Part shown: one piece after another, positions 1-7,865 of the stretch
How positions within the stretch are numbered: the stretch's first letter is position 1
How the letters are laid out: each line of letters starts with the position of its first letter
Assembly: GCA_049970895.1 (NCBI GenBank)
Contig: JBMFMB010000023.1
Coordinates: 1 to 16,882, forward strand
Reading direction: 5' to 3'
Source of the DNA: Candidatus Bathyarchaeia archaeon
Lineage (GTDB): Archaea > Thermoproteota > Bathyarchaeia > Bathyarchaeales > Bathycorpusculaceae
DNA length: 16,882 nt
Program-made: the position numbers and the translations under genes
Notes under the pieces: generated by a model
Told to the model about the DNA's origin: nothing
Seen by the model: the letters and a program-made list of their open reading frames with translations, nothing else
Databases searched by the model: none

Positions 1-328
1 CTATGTTTTCGAAGGTTTTTGGCGTTATAGCCAAAACATTATAACGCGAATAAACCGTGTCGTCTTCTAAGGGCTTTTCACGGGTTTTTTCACTTATAAA
101 GAGGGATGCTGCTGAAATGTGATCTGAGATTATCCTCAACTCTAGGGAGTCATATGGGGAGACACAACCAATATCTGGCTGAACTTTAATGAAGATTAAC
201 GAGTCTCTTTTTCTTGCTGCTATGTCAAAGCAGCTTGGTCTCGAACAGCACCTCTGGGAGACTGTGAAGCCACCCTCTTTTAGTATAGATTCTGCAGCCT
301 TAACCTTCCCCATCTCCCTATAAGTCAT
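1..328 (-). CDS. Archaeal putative HTH-type transcriptional regulator (COG1395-like), N-terminal part; gene runs off the window start
   Basis: Not in the ORF track. Manual translation from ATG at 328: MTYREMGKVKAAESILKEGGFTVSQRCCSRPSCFDIAARKRDSLIFIKVQPDIG...EKPLEDDTVYSRYNVLAITPKTFENI, open to the edge. The motifs 'RPSCFDIAAR', 'IKV' and 'LEDDTVYSRY' are typical of this family's N-terminal domain. Confidence 0.8.
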   Translation of the reverse strand, partial: MTYREMGKVKAAESILKEGGFTVSQRCCSRPSCFDIAARKRDSLIFIKVQPDIGCVSPYDSLELRIISDHISAASLFISEKTREKPLEDDTVYSRYNVLAITPKTFENI

Positions 329-362
329 CGGATTTTCACATCATATCCAAAATAATGGACTC

Positions 363-370
363 TAATATAA
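363..370 (-). promoter_or_regulatory. Probable TATA box for the HTH regulator
   Basis: TTATATTA on the minus strand, 35-42 nt upstream of ATG 328. Confidence 0.45.
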
Positions 371-477
371 GCGTATACGTCAGAAAAACGATGGATGCTA
401 GCATTTAAATAGCCTTAAAATACCTGCAACGAGCCTGCCTAATCTTGCATCCAAGATCCGGCCCTACATGCCCAAAG

Positions 478-678
478 CGCGCGCTAGGGTGTTGCTAAAT
501 TCGGACAAAAATAGATTTTATTCTAGTTTCAACACTTGTCTGTCTTTGACTGATTATGCATTTTAACGGCTATTTCGAAATTTTAAAAGTTTTAATTGGA
601 AATTTCAGGAAACTGAAGACTATGGTTAGAACCATTTTTGTCTATTTTAGTCTGAATTTCGCAACGTCCTAGCGCGCG
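478..678. mobile_element. MITE-like non-coding element with 38-bp imperfect terminal inverted repeats
   Basis: 478-515 CGCGCGCTAGGGTGTTGCTAAATTCGGACAAAAATAGA versus the reverse complement of 641-678, CGCGCGCTAGGACGTTGCGAAATTCAGACTAAAATAGA: 33/38 identical. CTAG occurs at 484-487 and 669-672. The interior is AT-rich with no ORF in the track. Confidence 0.65.
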
Positions 679-787
679 TGGAAGTCTTATTCAAACGTTG
701 ACGCTATACAATTGCTACTTTAAAATAGGCGAAATAGTGAAGCTGAATTTTAAGAACAGGTTTTATGCGCCCATCAAAATTATGATT

Positions 788-1519
788 TTACAGGTATCCC
801 TTTGTTTTCAGAATTTCAGGTGTTATAATGCCTTTGTGTAGGGCTGTGGCCACGAGTGCACCTGAGACGCCTATCCTCCTTAGTTCCTCCAAGTCTTCAA
901 TGTTGCGTATTCCGCCGCCAGTCAAAACTTTAAGGTTTGTCCTTTCAATAACTTCTTTCATCAACGCCAAGTTTGCCCCCTGCTCCGATCCAACCCTTCT
1001 GAGGTCTAGGACTATAATTTTTTCAACGCCCATTTTCTCTAAATTTTCCGCAAGCGACGCTGGCCTGTAACGTTTTATAGATTCTGACGGGGATAAAACT
1101 TCGTTTTCCACAATGTCTATGCTGACAACAACCTTTTCAGTGCCAAAACATTTCAAAGCTTCTTCAATAAAGTGTAGATCTCTTAAAGTTTCGGTTCCTA
1201 TCACTATGTTTGAGGCGCCTGCCTCAAGAATCATCCGCGCCCTTTCATTGGTGTTTATGCCCGCGTCAACCATTATGTCAATATCGGTTTCAGCCTTTAT
1301 TCGCTTTAAAACATTAATGTTAGGCTGTTTTCCAAGTATTGCATCTAAGTCAGCCATGTAAAGTTCAGTGAAGCCAACAGCCTTAAAGGCCTTCGCAACA
1401 TTAACGGGATCTGCAGATTTGCATAAAACACTCTTCAATGGGCTATATTTCTTCCGCTCTCCCCGTACAGCATGGACAGCTACACCATCTAAAACGTCTA
1501 TCACTGGAACAACTTTCAA
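788..1519 (-). CDS. HisA/HisF-related TIM-barrel protein (MJ0703/Orf17-like) associated with the methanofuran cluster
   Basis: Motifs 'VVPVIDVLDGVAVH', 'YMADLDAI', 'VDAGI', 'IGTET', 'VVSID' and 'GGGIRNIEDL'. Probable start is TTG at 1519 with GGTGA SD at 1528-1532; the track's alternative is ATG 1534. No other his genes are nearby. Confidence 0.8.
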   Translation of the reverse strand: MKVVPVIDVLDGVAVHAVRGERKKYSPLKSVLCKSADPVNVAKAFKAVGFTELYMADLDAILGKQPNINVLKRIKAETDIDIMVDAGINTNERARMILEAGASNIVIGTETLRDLHFIEEALKCFGTEKVVVSIDIVENEVLSPSESIKRYRPASLAENLEKMGVEKIIVLDLRRVGSEQGANLALMKEVIERTNLKVLTGGGIRNIEDLEELRRIGVSGALVATALHKGIITPEILKTKGYL

Positions 1520-1563
1520 ATTTAAATTCACCATTAACTAGTAGGTTTTTGGGGAAATAAGAG

Positions 1564-2799
1564 TTGAGGCTTCTTGTCTACGAGTTTTTAAGCGGCGGCG
1601 GATGTGCCAAGCAGGTTTTTCAAACAGATGTTTTATGTGAAGGCTACGCCATGCTTAGAGCTTTAATAGAGGATTTTAAAACACTTGGACATTCCGTCAC
1701 AACACTTGTTGACTCGAGAATTATGAAGTTTAAACCCCCATTACAAGCTGACAGGATAATCTCCGTTTCAAGCAGAGATGACTTATGTAAACTGTTAAGG
1801 AAGACAAGCCAAAATGTGGACGCCGTTTACATCATCGCGCCTGAATCAAACGGTGTGTTGTGGAAACTTGTTGGGGATGTCGAAGAGTTTGGAGGGTATA
1901 CCATTAACTGCAGGCATGAAGTTATAGAATCATCTTCAAACAAGCTGAATGTTTACGAGGAGTTAAGGCGTCTAGGGATAGCTGTTCCAGAAACCGTACA
2001 TGTTAACGTTCAAGAGGATGCTAATCGCGTTAAAAGCTTGGCAAGAGAGCTGGGTTTTCCGCTGGTTTTCAAACCTATTGTCGGTGTCGGATCAGAGGGG
2101 TTAAGCATAGTGAGAAATGAGGAACAGGTGGGCATGGCCGTCCAAAAGGTTAGGGATGCATCCTCCAAAGAGTTTTTCTTAATTCAAAAGTTTGTTAAAG
2201 GCTTGCCTGCCAGCGTAAGTTTAATCTCCAACGGCGAAGACGTTTTACCCTTAACCTTAAATGCCCAACTGGTGAAGTTGGCTTCTCCAAATTTAAGCTC
2301 AAGTTATGAGGGGGGAATAGTTCCATTCAACCATCCAAAGGTAGAGGAAACTTTCAAGGCAGCACAAGCAACTGTAAAGCGTTTCAAGGTAAGGGGCTAC
2401 GTCGGCGTTGATATGGTTTTAACAAGTAGTGGTCCAGTCGTAATCGAGGTTAATCCTAGGCTTACAACATCATACGTTGGATTGAGGAAAGTGTTAAATT
2501 TTAATCCTGCAGGCGCAATCCTCAACTCAGTTTTGAAGTGTGAACTGCCGAAAAACGTGAAAACTTTGGGGTGCACATTCTTTTTTAAAGTGAGGACGAA
2601 ACCTCCAAAATTTGAGGTTTTAAAACGTATATACGGTTTGGAGGACGTGTTTTCGCCTCCATTTCCGCTTGCCGCAGAAGAATCATGCGCCCTTGTAGTT
2701 TCACTTTCAAACGTGTTGGAAAGCGCAAGGTTGAAAGCCTATGAGGTTAAAGGGAAACTTGTTGAAACACTTTGCGGGAAAAGTGGTCGAAATGGTTAA
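1564..2799 (+). CDS. mfnD: Tyramine--L-glutamate ligase (ATP-grasp), methanofuran biosynthesis
   Basis: N-terminal 'LLVYEFLSGGG...EGYAML', 'IIAPESNGVL', ATP-grasp 'KPIVGVGSEG', 'QKFVKG...SVS' and 'GYVGVD...IEVNPRLTTSY'. Adjacent to mfnF and mfnE. Confidence 0.85.
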   Translation: MRLLVYEFLSGGGCAKQVFQTDVLCEGYAMLRALIEDFKTLGHSVTTLVDSRIMKFKPPLQADRIISVSSRDDLCKLLRKTSQNVDAVYIIAPESNGVLWKLVGDVEEFGGYTINCRHEVIESSSNKLNVYEELRRLGIAVPETVHVNVQEDANRVKSLARELGFPLVFKPIVGVGSEGLSIVRNEEQVGMAVQKVRDASSKEFFLIQKFVKGLPASVSLISNGEDVLPLTLNAQLVKLASPNLSSSYEGGIVPFNHPKVEETFKAAQATVKRFKVRGYVGVDMVLTSSGPVVIEVNPRLTTSYVGLRKVLNFNPAGAILNSVLKCELPKNVKTLGCTFFFKVRTKPPKFEVLKRIYGLEDVFSPPFPLAAEESCALVVSLSNVLESARLKAYEVKGKLVETLCGKSGRNG

Positions 2800-3871
2800 C
2801 GTGATTGGACTGGATGTTGGAGGGGCAAACACGAAAATGGCTTTTCTGAAGGCAGAAAATGGTTCAGTCCAAAAGATCAGGATTGCCAGCGAATATTTTC
2901 CAGTGTGGAAAAGGGATAAGAGCGAACTTTCAGCATTGCTTAATAGGCTTAGGGTGAAAGCGGCTGAGTCGGAGGATTTGGATTCGGTTGGTGTCACCAT
3001 GACTGCGGAGCTTTCCGACGCTTACCAAACTAAGAGGGAGGGCGTCAACCACGTTCTCTACAGCGTTGAAAGGGCTTTTCCAAACTTTAAAATCTCCGTG
3101 TTGGATGTTGACGCAAATTTAATATTGCTGGAAGAAGCAAGGGCTAATCCTTTAAGGGTTGCAGCTGCAAATTGGGCTGCAACGGGGTGGATAGTTTCAA
3201 AAATTTTTAGCAATTGCATAGTGGTGGATGTTGGAAGCACGTCGACAAGCATAATTCCAATCATCGATGGCAAGGTGGCGGCTGAGGGCAAAAGCGATTT
3301 GGAGAAACTTATCAACGGCGAACTTGTCTATACAGGCGCTTTAAGGACAAACGTTGCAGCTATAGTGAACGCCGTCCCGGTTAAAGGTGGAATAGCAAGG
3401 GTTTCATCAGAGCTGTTCGCCACTTCAGGAGACGTCCACCTTGTTTTAGGAAATATCCGAGAGGAGGACTACACTGTTGACACGGCTGATGGTAGGGGGA
3501 AAAGTAGGGCTGAGGCCCTTGCAAGGTTAGCTCGGATAGTATGTGCGGACGTTGAAACTTTAAGCGAGGAGGAAATAGTCAATATAGCCAAATATGTTTA
3601 CCGCAAGCAAATAGATCAAATCAGTGAAGGTTTAAAACAGGTTTATGGAAGGATCAAAAAATGTTTGAAGCAGAATTTACAAATCGTTGTTACGGGACTT
3701 GGAAGAAAATTCCTAGCCCGTAAGGCGGCTCAAGCAGCAGGCTTTGAAGAGATAGTCGATTTAGGAGAGCTTTTAGGCGAGGAAATCGCCTTGACAACCC
3801 CATGCGTTGGCGTAGCACTTATGGCGGCAAGCAAACTTTCAGGGAGGGATATTACTTGGAAGCGGTTTTAA
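2792..3871 (+). CDS. mfnF: MfnF, hydantoinase A-like (ASKHA) enzyme coupling F1-PP to gamma-glutamyltyramine
   Basis: Motifs 'GLDVGGANTK', 'VTMTAELSDAY.TKREGV', 'AAANW', 'DVGSTSTSIIPI', 'ELVYTGALRT' and 'TADGRGKS'. Probable start is ATG 2792, overlapping the mfnD stop (ATGGTTAA). Confidence 0.88.
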   Translation: MVNVIGLDVGGANTKMAFLKAENGSVQKIRIASEYFPVWKRDKSELSALLNRLRVKAAESEDLDSVGVTMTAELSDAYQTKREGVNHVLYSVERAFPNFKISVLDVDANLILLEEARANPLRVAAANWAATGWIVSKIFSNCIVVDVGSTSTSIIPIIDGKVAAEGKSDLEKLINGELVYTGALRTNVAAIVNAVPVKGGIARVSSELFATSGDVHLVLGNIREEDYTVDTADGRGKSRAEALARLARIVCADVETLSEEEIVNIAKYVYRKQIDQISEGLKQVYGRIKKCLKQNLQIVVTGLGRKFLARKAAQAAGFEEIVDLGELLGEEIALTTPCVGVALMAASKLSGRDITWKRF

Positions 3872-4524
3872 AGGTTGGCGGAAGCCTGGCTGGGCATCCG
3901 GCGGAGCTGAAAGCCTTATGCAAGACATTATCATCGCTTGCCAAAACCCATAAAATGTTGATTGTGCCAGGAGGGGGAGCCTTCGCAGACGTCGTTAGAA
4001 GGCTGGATGAGGCTTACGGCTTATCAGGCACAACCGCTCATAAAATGGCCGTGCTTGCAATGGACGAGTTCGGACTATTCTTATCCGATGTAACGCCAAA
4101 CTCTCAAGTATGCTATTCTCTGAAAGATGTAGGGAGCGCCGAGTATGGTTTGTTACCAATACTGCTGCCCTACCATTATATATTGCGCGAAGACCCTTTG
4201 GAACACTCGTGGGATATAACCTCAGACTCCATAGCCGCCTACATAGCTGGAGTGCTTAATGCCAAGAAACTATTGCTAATCAAGGATGTTGACGGAATAT
4301 ACACTGATGATCCAAAGAAAACCATAGATGCCAGACTCGTTGAAAAACTCACAGCCAAGCAACTGCTTAGTTGGAATAGGCGGACAAGCGTCGATAAAGC
4401 CCTACCTAAACTCCTTATGAAGTTCAGGCTGAACTGCTACGTAGTTAACGGCATGCATCCCGAAAGAGTCCAAGCAATACTCGCAAATAGAAAATCAGTT
4501 TACACGCACATTATCCCCCACTAG
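3856..4524 (+). CDS. mfnE: 5-(aminomethyl)-3-furanmethanol phosphate kinase (amino-acid kinase family)
   Basis: Motifs 'LKVGGSL', 'IVPGGGAFADVVR', 'AHKMAVLAMD', 'HSWDITSDSIAA', 'KDVDGIY' and 'SVD'. Probable start is TTG 3856 with GGAGG SD at 3843-3847. Confidence 0.85.
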   Translation: MEAVLKVGGSLAGHPAELKALCKTLSSLAKTHKMLIVPGGGAFADVVRRLDEAYGLSGTTAHKMAVLAMDEFGLFLSDVTPNSQVCYSLKDVGSAEYGLLPILLPYHYILREDPLEHSWDITSDSIAAYIAGVLNAKKLLLIKDVDGIYTDDPKKTIDARLVEKLTAKQLLSWNRRTSVDKALPKLLMKFRLNCYVVNGMHPERVQAILANRKSVYTHIIPH

Positions 4525-5246
4525 CCCCTTGCACACTCAAGAATTTCCCTTACAAATTCACGAACCAACTCCACTCGAACAGTACCGTTAAGCCTATCTT
4601 TGCCGTCGCAAACAGCCCCTCTAACGCCAATTATGTCAGCACCCAAAGCATACACTGAAGAAACATCCGACTTATCTAGGCAACCTGCAATTGCAACGAT
4701 TAAATTAAATTTATGCGCTTTATCAACAAATTTTTTAAGCTCTTCCTCTTTCAGAAAACTGAAAACATTTCTGCCAGCCCTCTTCGCTTTGACATCCACT
4801 AACACTCCATCGGCTCCTACTTTATAGGCCACTTCTGGCAGCTCCAACGGGTTCAAACAGCCCGCAGATTTATGGTCGGCGTATCCTGCAGCAATAACCT
4901 TTAAAGCTGGATTGTAGTCTTTAACGGCTATGCAAACCTCCCTCATCAAGTGTAGAGCTTCAGATGTTGTTTTCACACCCAAAAGCCCAGCCTTAACGTA
5001 GTCTGCTCCTGAAACGGCAGCCCCTAACGCCGCAAGAGAGGCTGTTCCAGGGAGGTTAGGCAAATCACCAATCGTTGAACTCACCTCAACGTTTTCGGGG
5101 ACCACTTCTCTGACCCGCCTTATAACCCTTGGAAAGTTGGCGCCCAACGAACCCTCCTTTGGATTTTTAACGTCAACAACGTGAGCTCCACCCTCAACCG
5201 CGTTGAGAGCCTCCTCTTCGTTGACCACGCTAACCAGTAACCTCAT
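4521..5246 (-). CDS. mfnB: 4-(hydroxymethyl)-2-furancarboxaldehyde-phosphate (4-HFC-P) synthase
   Basis: Motifs 'LLVSV', 'DVKNPKEGSLGANFP', 'SSTIGD', 'GADYVKAGL', 'AAGYAD' and 'DIIGVRGAVC'. GAGGTGG SD at 5251-5257. Confidence 0.92.
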   Translation of the reverse strand: MRLLVSVVNEEEALNAVEGGAHVVDVKNPKEGSLGANFPRVIRRVREVVPENVEVSSTIGDLPNLPGTASLAALGAAVSGADYVKAGLLGVKTTSEALHLMREVCIAVKDYNPALKVIAAGYADHKSAGCLNPLELPEVAYKVGADGVLVDVKAKRAGRNVFSFLKEEELKKFVDKAHKFNLIVAIAGCLDKSDVSSVYALGADIIGVRGAVCDGKDRLNGTVRVELVREFVREILECARG

Positions 5247-5433
5247 CGTCCCACCTCTTTGATGAAGACAATGGGAAGCTGCTTTTAAGATTAAAGATTA
5301 AACCTTCCCATAATTTGAAGGCGAGCACCCTGGCAATAATAACTTTTCCGCAGTAAGACAAAAGAAATAGTTGAAATAACCATTCTCTTAATTTCCTCTT
5401 TTCTGGAGAATCGTAACTTGTTCTATAGAACTG

Positions 5434-6711
5434 TTAAGTGAACATCTCGAAATTTACAGTAAGTTTAGACGTATTATGAAATGACAGTTTAGATGTTGGA
5501 ACATGTTTGCCAAAGACTCCCATTTTCATTCTAACGTTTGGAAGAGAGGCTGTTAGGGCGAGTGTAAGGCAAGCGCCTATCGCTATTATGAAGGGGTAAT
5601 AGATTGAAATTTCGTATATGATTCCGCCTATGTATGGCGCTATTATGGAGGCGAACATGCTAATTGTCTGGGGTATGGATATCCATTTAGCCCTTATTGG
5701 TTCTGGGGCTTGTGGTCCTATTACTGCGCTCATTAGCGACCATGTTATGTAGGAGGCTCCTGTGAGGAAGAATGCTGCTGTGAGGGCGTATAAGTTACCT
5801 GTTAGGAGCATTATGGTTAGGGATATGCTGCACGCTGTCATTGAGGCTGCTATGGCGTACTCCTTCCCCCATTTGTCTCCAACCTTGCCCAAAATTATGC
5901 CTAGAACTGCTGAGCCGAAGAAGGCTATTGAGCCTAAAAACCCTATTTCAAAGTCTCCATAATGGTATGCGTCGGCGAGGAATTGGGGGACCAGCGGGCG
6001 GAACATCATCGTAATGAACATTATAGAGGCGAAGAAGGCTGACATGCTGATTAGTTTTTTATCCTTCAGAAGCTCTATTGTTGATGGACCAGCTGATGTT
6101 TTTTGCTGGGTTGGTGCGTGTTGGCTTCTCATGAAAGCTAGGACAAGCCCTGCAATGGCGTATAACATGAATGCCATATAAAAGACTGCTCGCATGCCAA
6201 TTTTTCCTGCAATGTATCCGCCTATGGCTGGTGAGAAAATGTAGCCGAAAGACCATGATGAGGATATAACCGTAAAAGTTAATGTGAGCCTATTTTTGTC
6301 CGCTGATGTTACGATGTAGGCTGTGCTTGTTGGTCCTCCAAGCCAAACACCCCATAGAATCATTCCTGGCAGCATTTGAATCCAGTTCTTTGCCATGGAA
6401 AATATTAGTGGGGCTGGAACCCATGCAAGCCATCCCGCAACCATGATTTTCTTCCTGTCGTATTTGTCGGCGATGCTTCCAGCCAAAATAAGTGTGAGGG
6501 CTGCTGTTAGGCTTGTGAGGGCGTATAAAATGCCAATCTCAACGGAGCTTGCCTTGAGGGTTTCCTTCATGTAGTATGGGAGGAGATAAGCGTATAAGCC
6601 GTCGCCGAAGGCGCCTATGAGGTTTGATGTGAAAATTAGTTTTAGGTCTCTGTTTAGGACTTCGATTGGGAAGCCCACTCGCAGAAACCTCTTGTATGTT
6701 CGCTTTGACAA
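5434..6711 (-). CDS. Major facilitator superfamily transporter
   Basis: About 12 hydrophobic segments. MFS motif A 'GSIADKYDRK' and its C-half repeat 'GKVGDKWGK'. TTG start with GGTGA SD at 6721-6725. Confidence 0.9.
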   Translation of the reverse strand: MSKRTYKRFLRVGFPIEVLNRDLKLIFTSNLIGAFGDGLYAYLLPYYMKETLKASSVEIGILYALTSLTAALTLILAGSIADKYDRKKIMVAGWLAWVPAPLIFSMAKNWIQMLPGMILWGVWLGGPTSTAYIVTSADKNRLTLTFTVISSSWSFGYIFSPAIGGYIAGKIGMRAVFYMAFMLYAIAGLVLAFMRSQHAPTQQKTSAGPSTIELLKDKKLISMSAFFASIMFITMMFRPLVPQFLADAYHYGDFEIGFLGSIAFFGSAVLGIILGKVGDKWGKEYAIAASMTACSISLTIMLLTGNLYALTAAFFLTGASYITWSLMSAVIGPQAPEPIRAKWISIPQTISMFASIIAPYIGGIIYEISIYYPFIIAIGACLTLALTASLPNVRMKMGVFGKHVPTSKLSFHNTSKLTVNFEMFT

Positions 6712-6825
6712 GTGCCAGTCTCACCATGTCCACATTAACAGTCGTATTTTGTGATGCCCACTATTATTATTAATGCTACGACATGGCAAGCTAAAAAGGC
6801 CAAAACGAGGTTTGGTTAAGGCTTG

Positions 6826-7824
6826 TTAGGTTCTTCTGTCCACTATATCTAGGATATCTTGCCCAGTACCTATTAAAACCACTGGTATGCCCAGTTGCCG
6901 CTCAATTTCCTTGACAAACTCCTTAGCCTCTGTTGGGAGTTCGTCATATCTCCTTGCGCCTTTGCATTTTGGATAGACGACGTCAAGCTTTGTAAGCGCT
7001 ATTTGTGTTGCTCCATTAAGCATAACAGCCCTTTTCGCAATTTCAAAGTTGAAGGGGGCTGAGCGCCTCTCCCGCCCAGTTCCAGCGGCAACCTCAAACC
7101 ATCCACGCCTAACAGCTTCCTCTTTTGGGAGTTCGCCGGGCAGTGGACCGGCGCCGACGCGAGTCATGAAGGATTTGAAGACTATTAGGACTTCGTCGAC
7201 CTTTGTTGGTCCAACACCAGCCTCTGAGCATATTGCCGAGGCGCTTGTGTCTCTTCCAGTCACATATGGATATGTGCCAAAAAATAACGATAGCATTACG
7301 CCTTGGGTTCCCTCCAAAAGAACATTTTTGCCCTCGTCTATGGCTTTGTTTGCCTCCATCGCCACATCCGTCAGGTAGGGCTTTAGTTCCGGTGTGTCCC
7401 TTGCAAGTTTTGCTGTTCTGCGGACGCGCTCCTCTATGGCTGGTCCAACACCCCAGCCTGTTGTGCCTAAGCCCTTCAAATGCGCGTTTGTTCTGTCCTG
7501 TTCTGCGTGCTTCTCCTCAATTATTGAGGCTTGCTGGTCTATGCCTATGCGGTTTTTAACATTTGTTAGTTCCACTTCCTCCAAGAATTTTGCCACGTGA
7601 ATGTTGGCTCCAGCCCCTATTAGGAGGCGGCACCGCTCATATACAAAGGCTGATGGAACCATGTGGAGGGCGTAACGTTTACCCTCAACCCAGACGGTGT
7701 GGGCTGCATTAACAGAACCAGTTCTAACACAAACATCCACCTTATCCCTTAAAGCCAGATAAGAGACTATCTTGCCCTTACCCTCGTCCCCCCAGAAACC
7801 TCCAACGATAACAGTGCATGGCAA
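6826..7824 (-). CDS. purA: Adenylosuccinate synthetase (short archaeal type)
   Basis: Motifs 'GGFWGDEGKGK', 'NAAHT', 'GTTGWGVGPA', 'LEGTQG', 'GTYPYVT', 'TRVGAGP', 'TGRERR', 'TKLD' and 'IGTG'. TTG start with GGTGA SD. Confidence 0.95.
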   Translation of the reverse strand: MPCTVIVGGFWGDEGKGKIVSYLALRDKVDVCVRTGSVNAAHTVWVEGKRYALHMVPSAFVYERCRLLIGAGANIHVAKFLEEVELTNVKNRIGIDQQASIIEEKHAEQDRTNAHLKGLGTTGWGVGPAIEERVRRTAKLARDTPELKPYLTDVAMEANKAIDEGKNVLLEGTQGVMLSLFFGTYPYVTGRDTSASAICSEAGVGPTKVDEVLIVFKSFMTRVGAGPLPGELPKEEAVRRGWFEVAAGTGRERRSAPFNFEIAKRAVMLNGATQIALTKLDVVYPKCKGARRYDELPTEAKEFVKEIERQLGIPVVLIGTGQDILDIVDRRT

Positions 7825-7856
7825 CTTAACTCACCGCTCATAAAATCTGCTGAAAA

Positions 7857-7865
7857 CTATTTAAA
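7857..7865 (-). promoter_or_regulatory. Probable TATA box for purA
   Basis: TTTTAAATA on the minus strand, about 33-41 nt upstream of TTG 7824. Confidence 0.45.

Noticed and set aside
788-1534. Bona fide hisA
   Set aside because: No his operon context, and the motif pattern and position beside mfn genes fit the HisA-related C1-cluster family better.
6826-7824. PurZ (2-aminoadenine, Z-genome pathway)
   Set aside because: It retains the Asp of GDEGKG, where PurZ has Ser, and there is no phage context or dATPase/MazZ-like neighbour.
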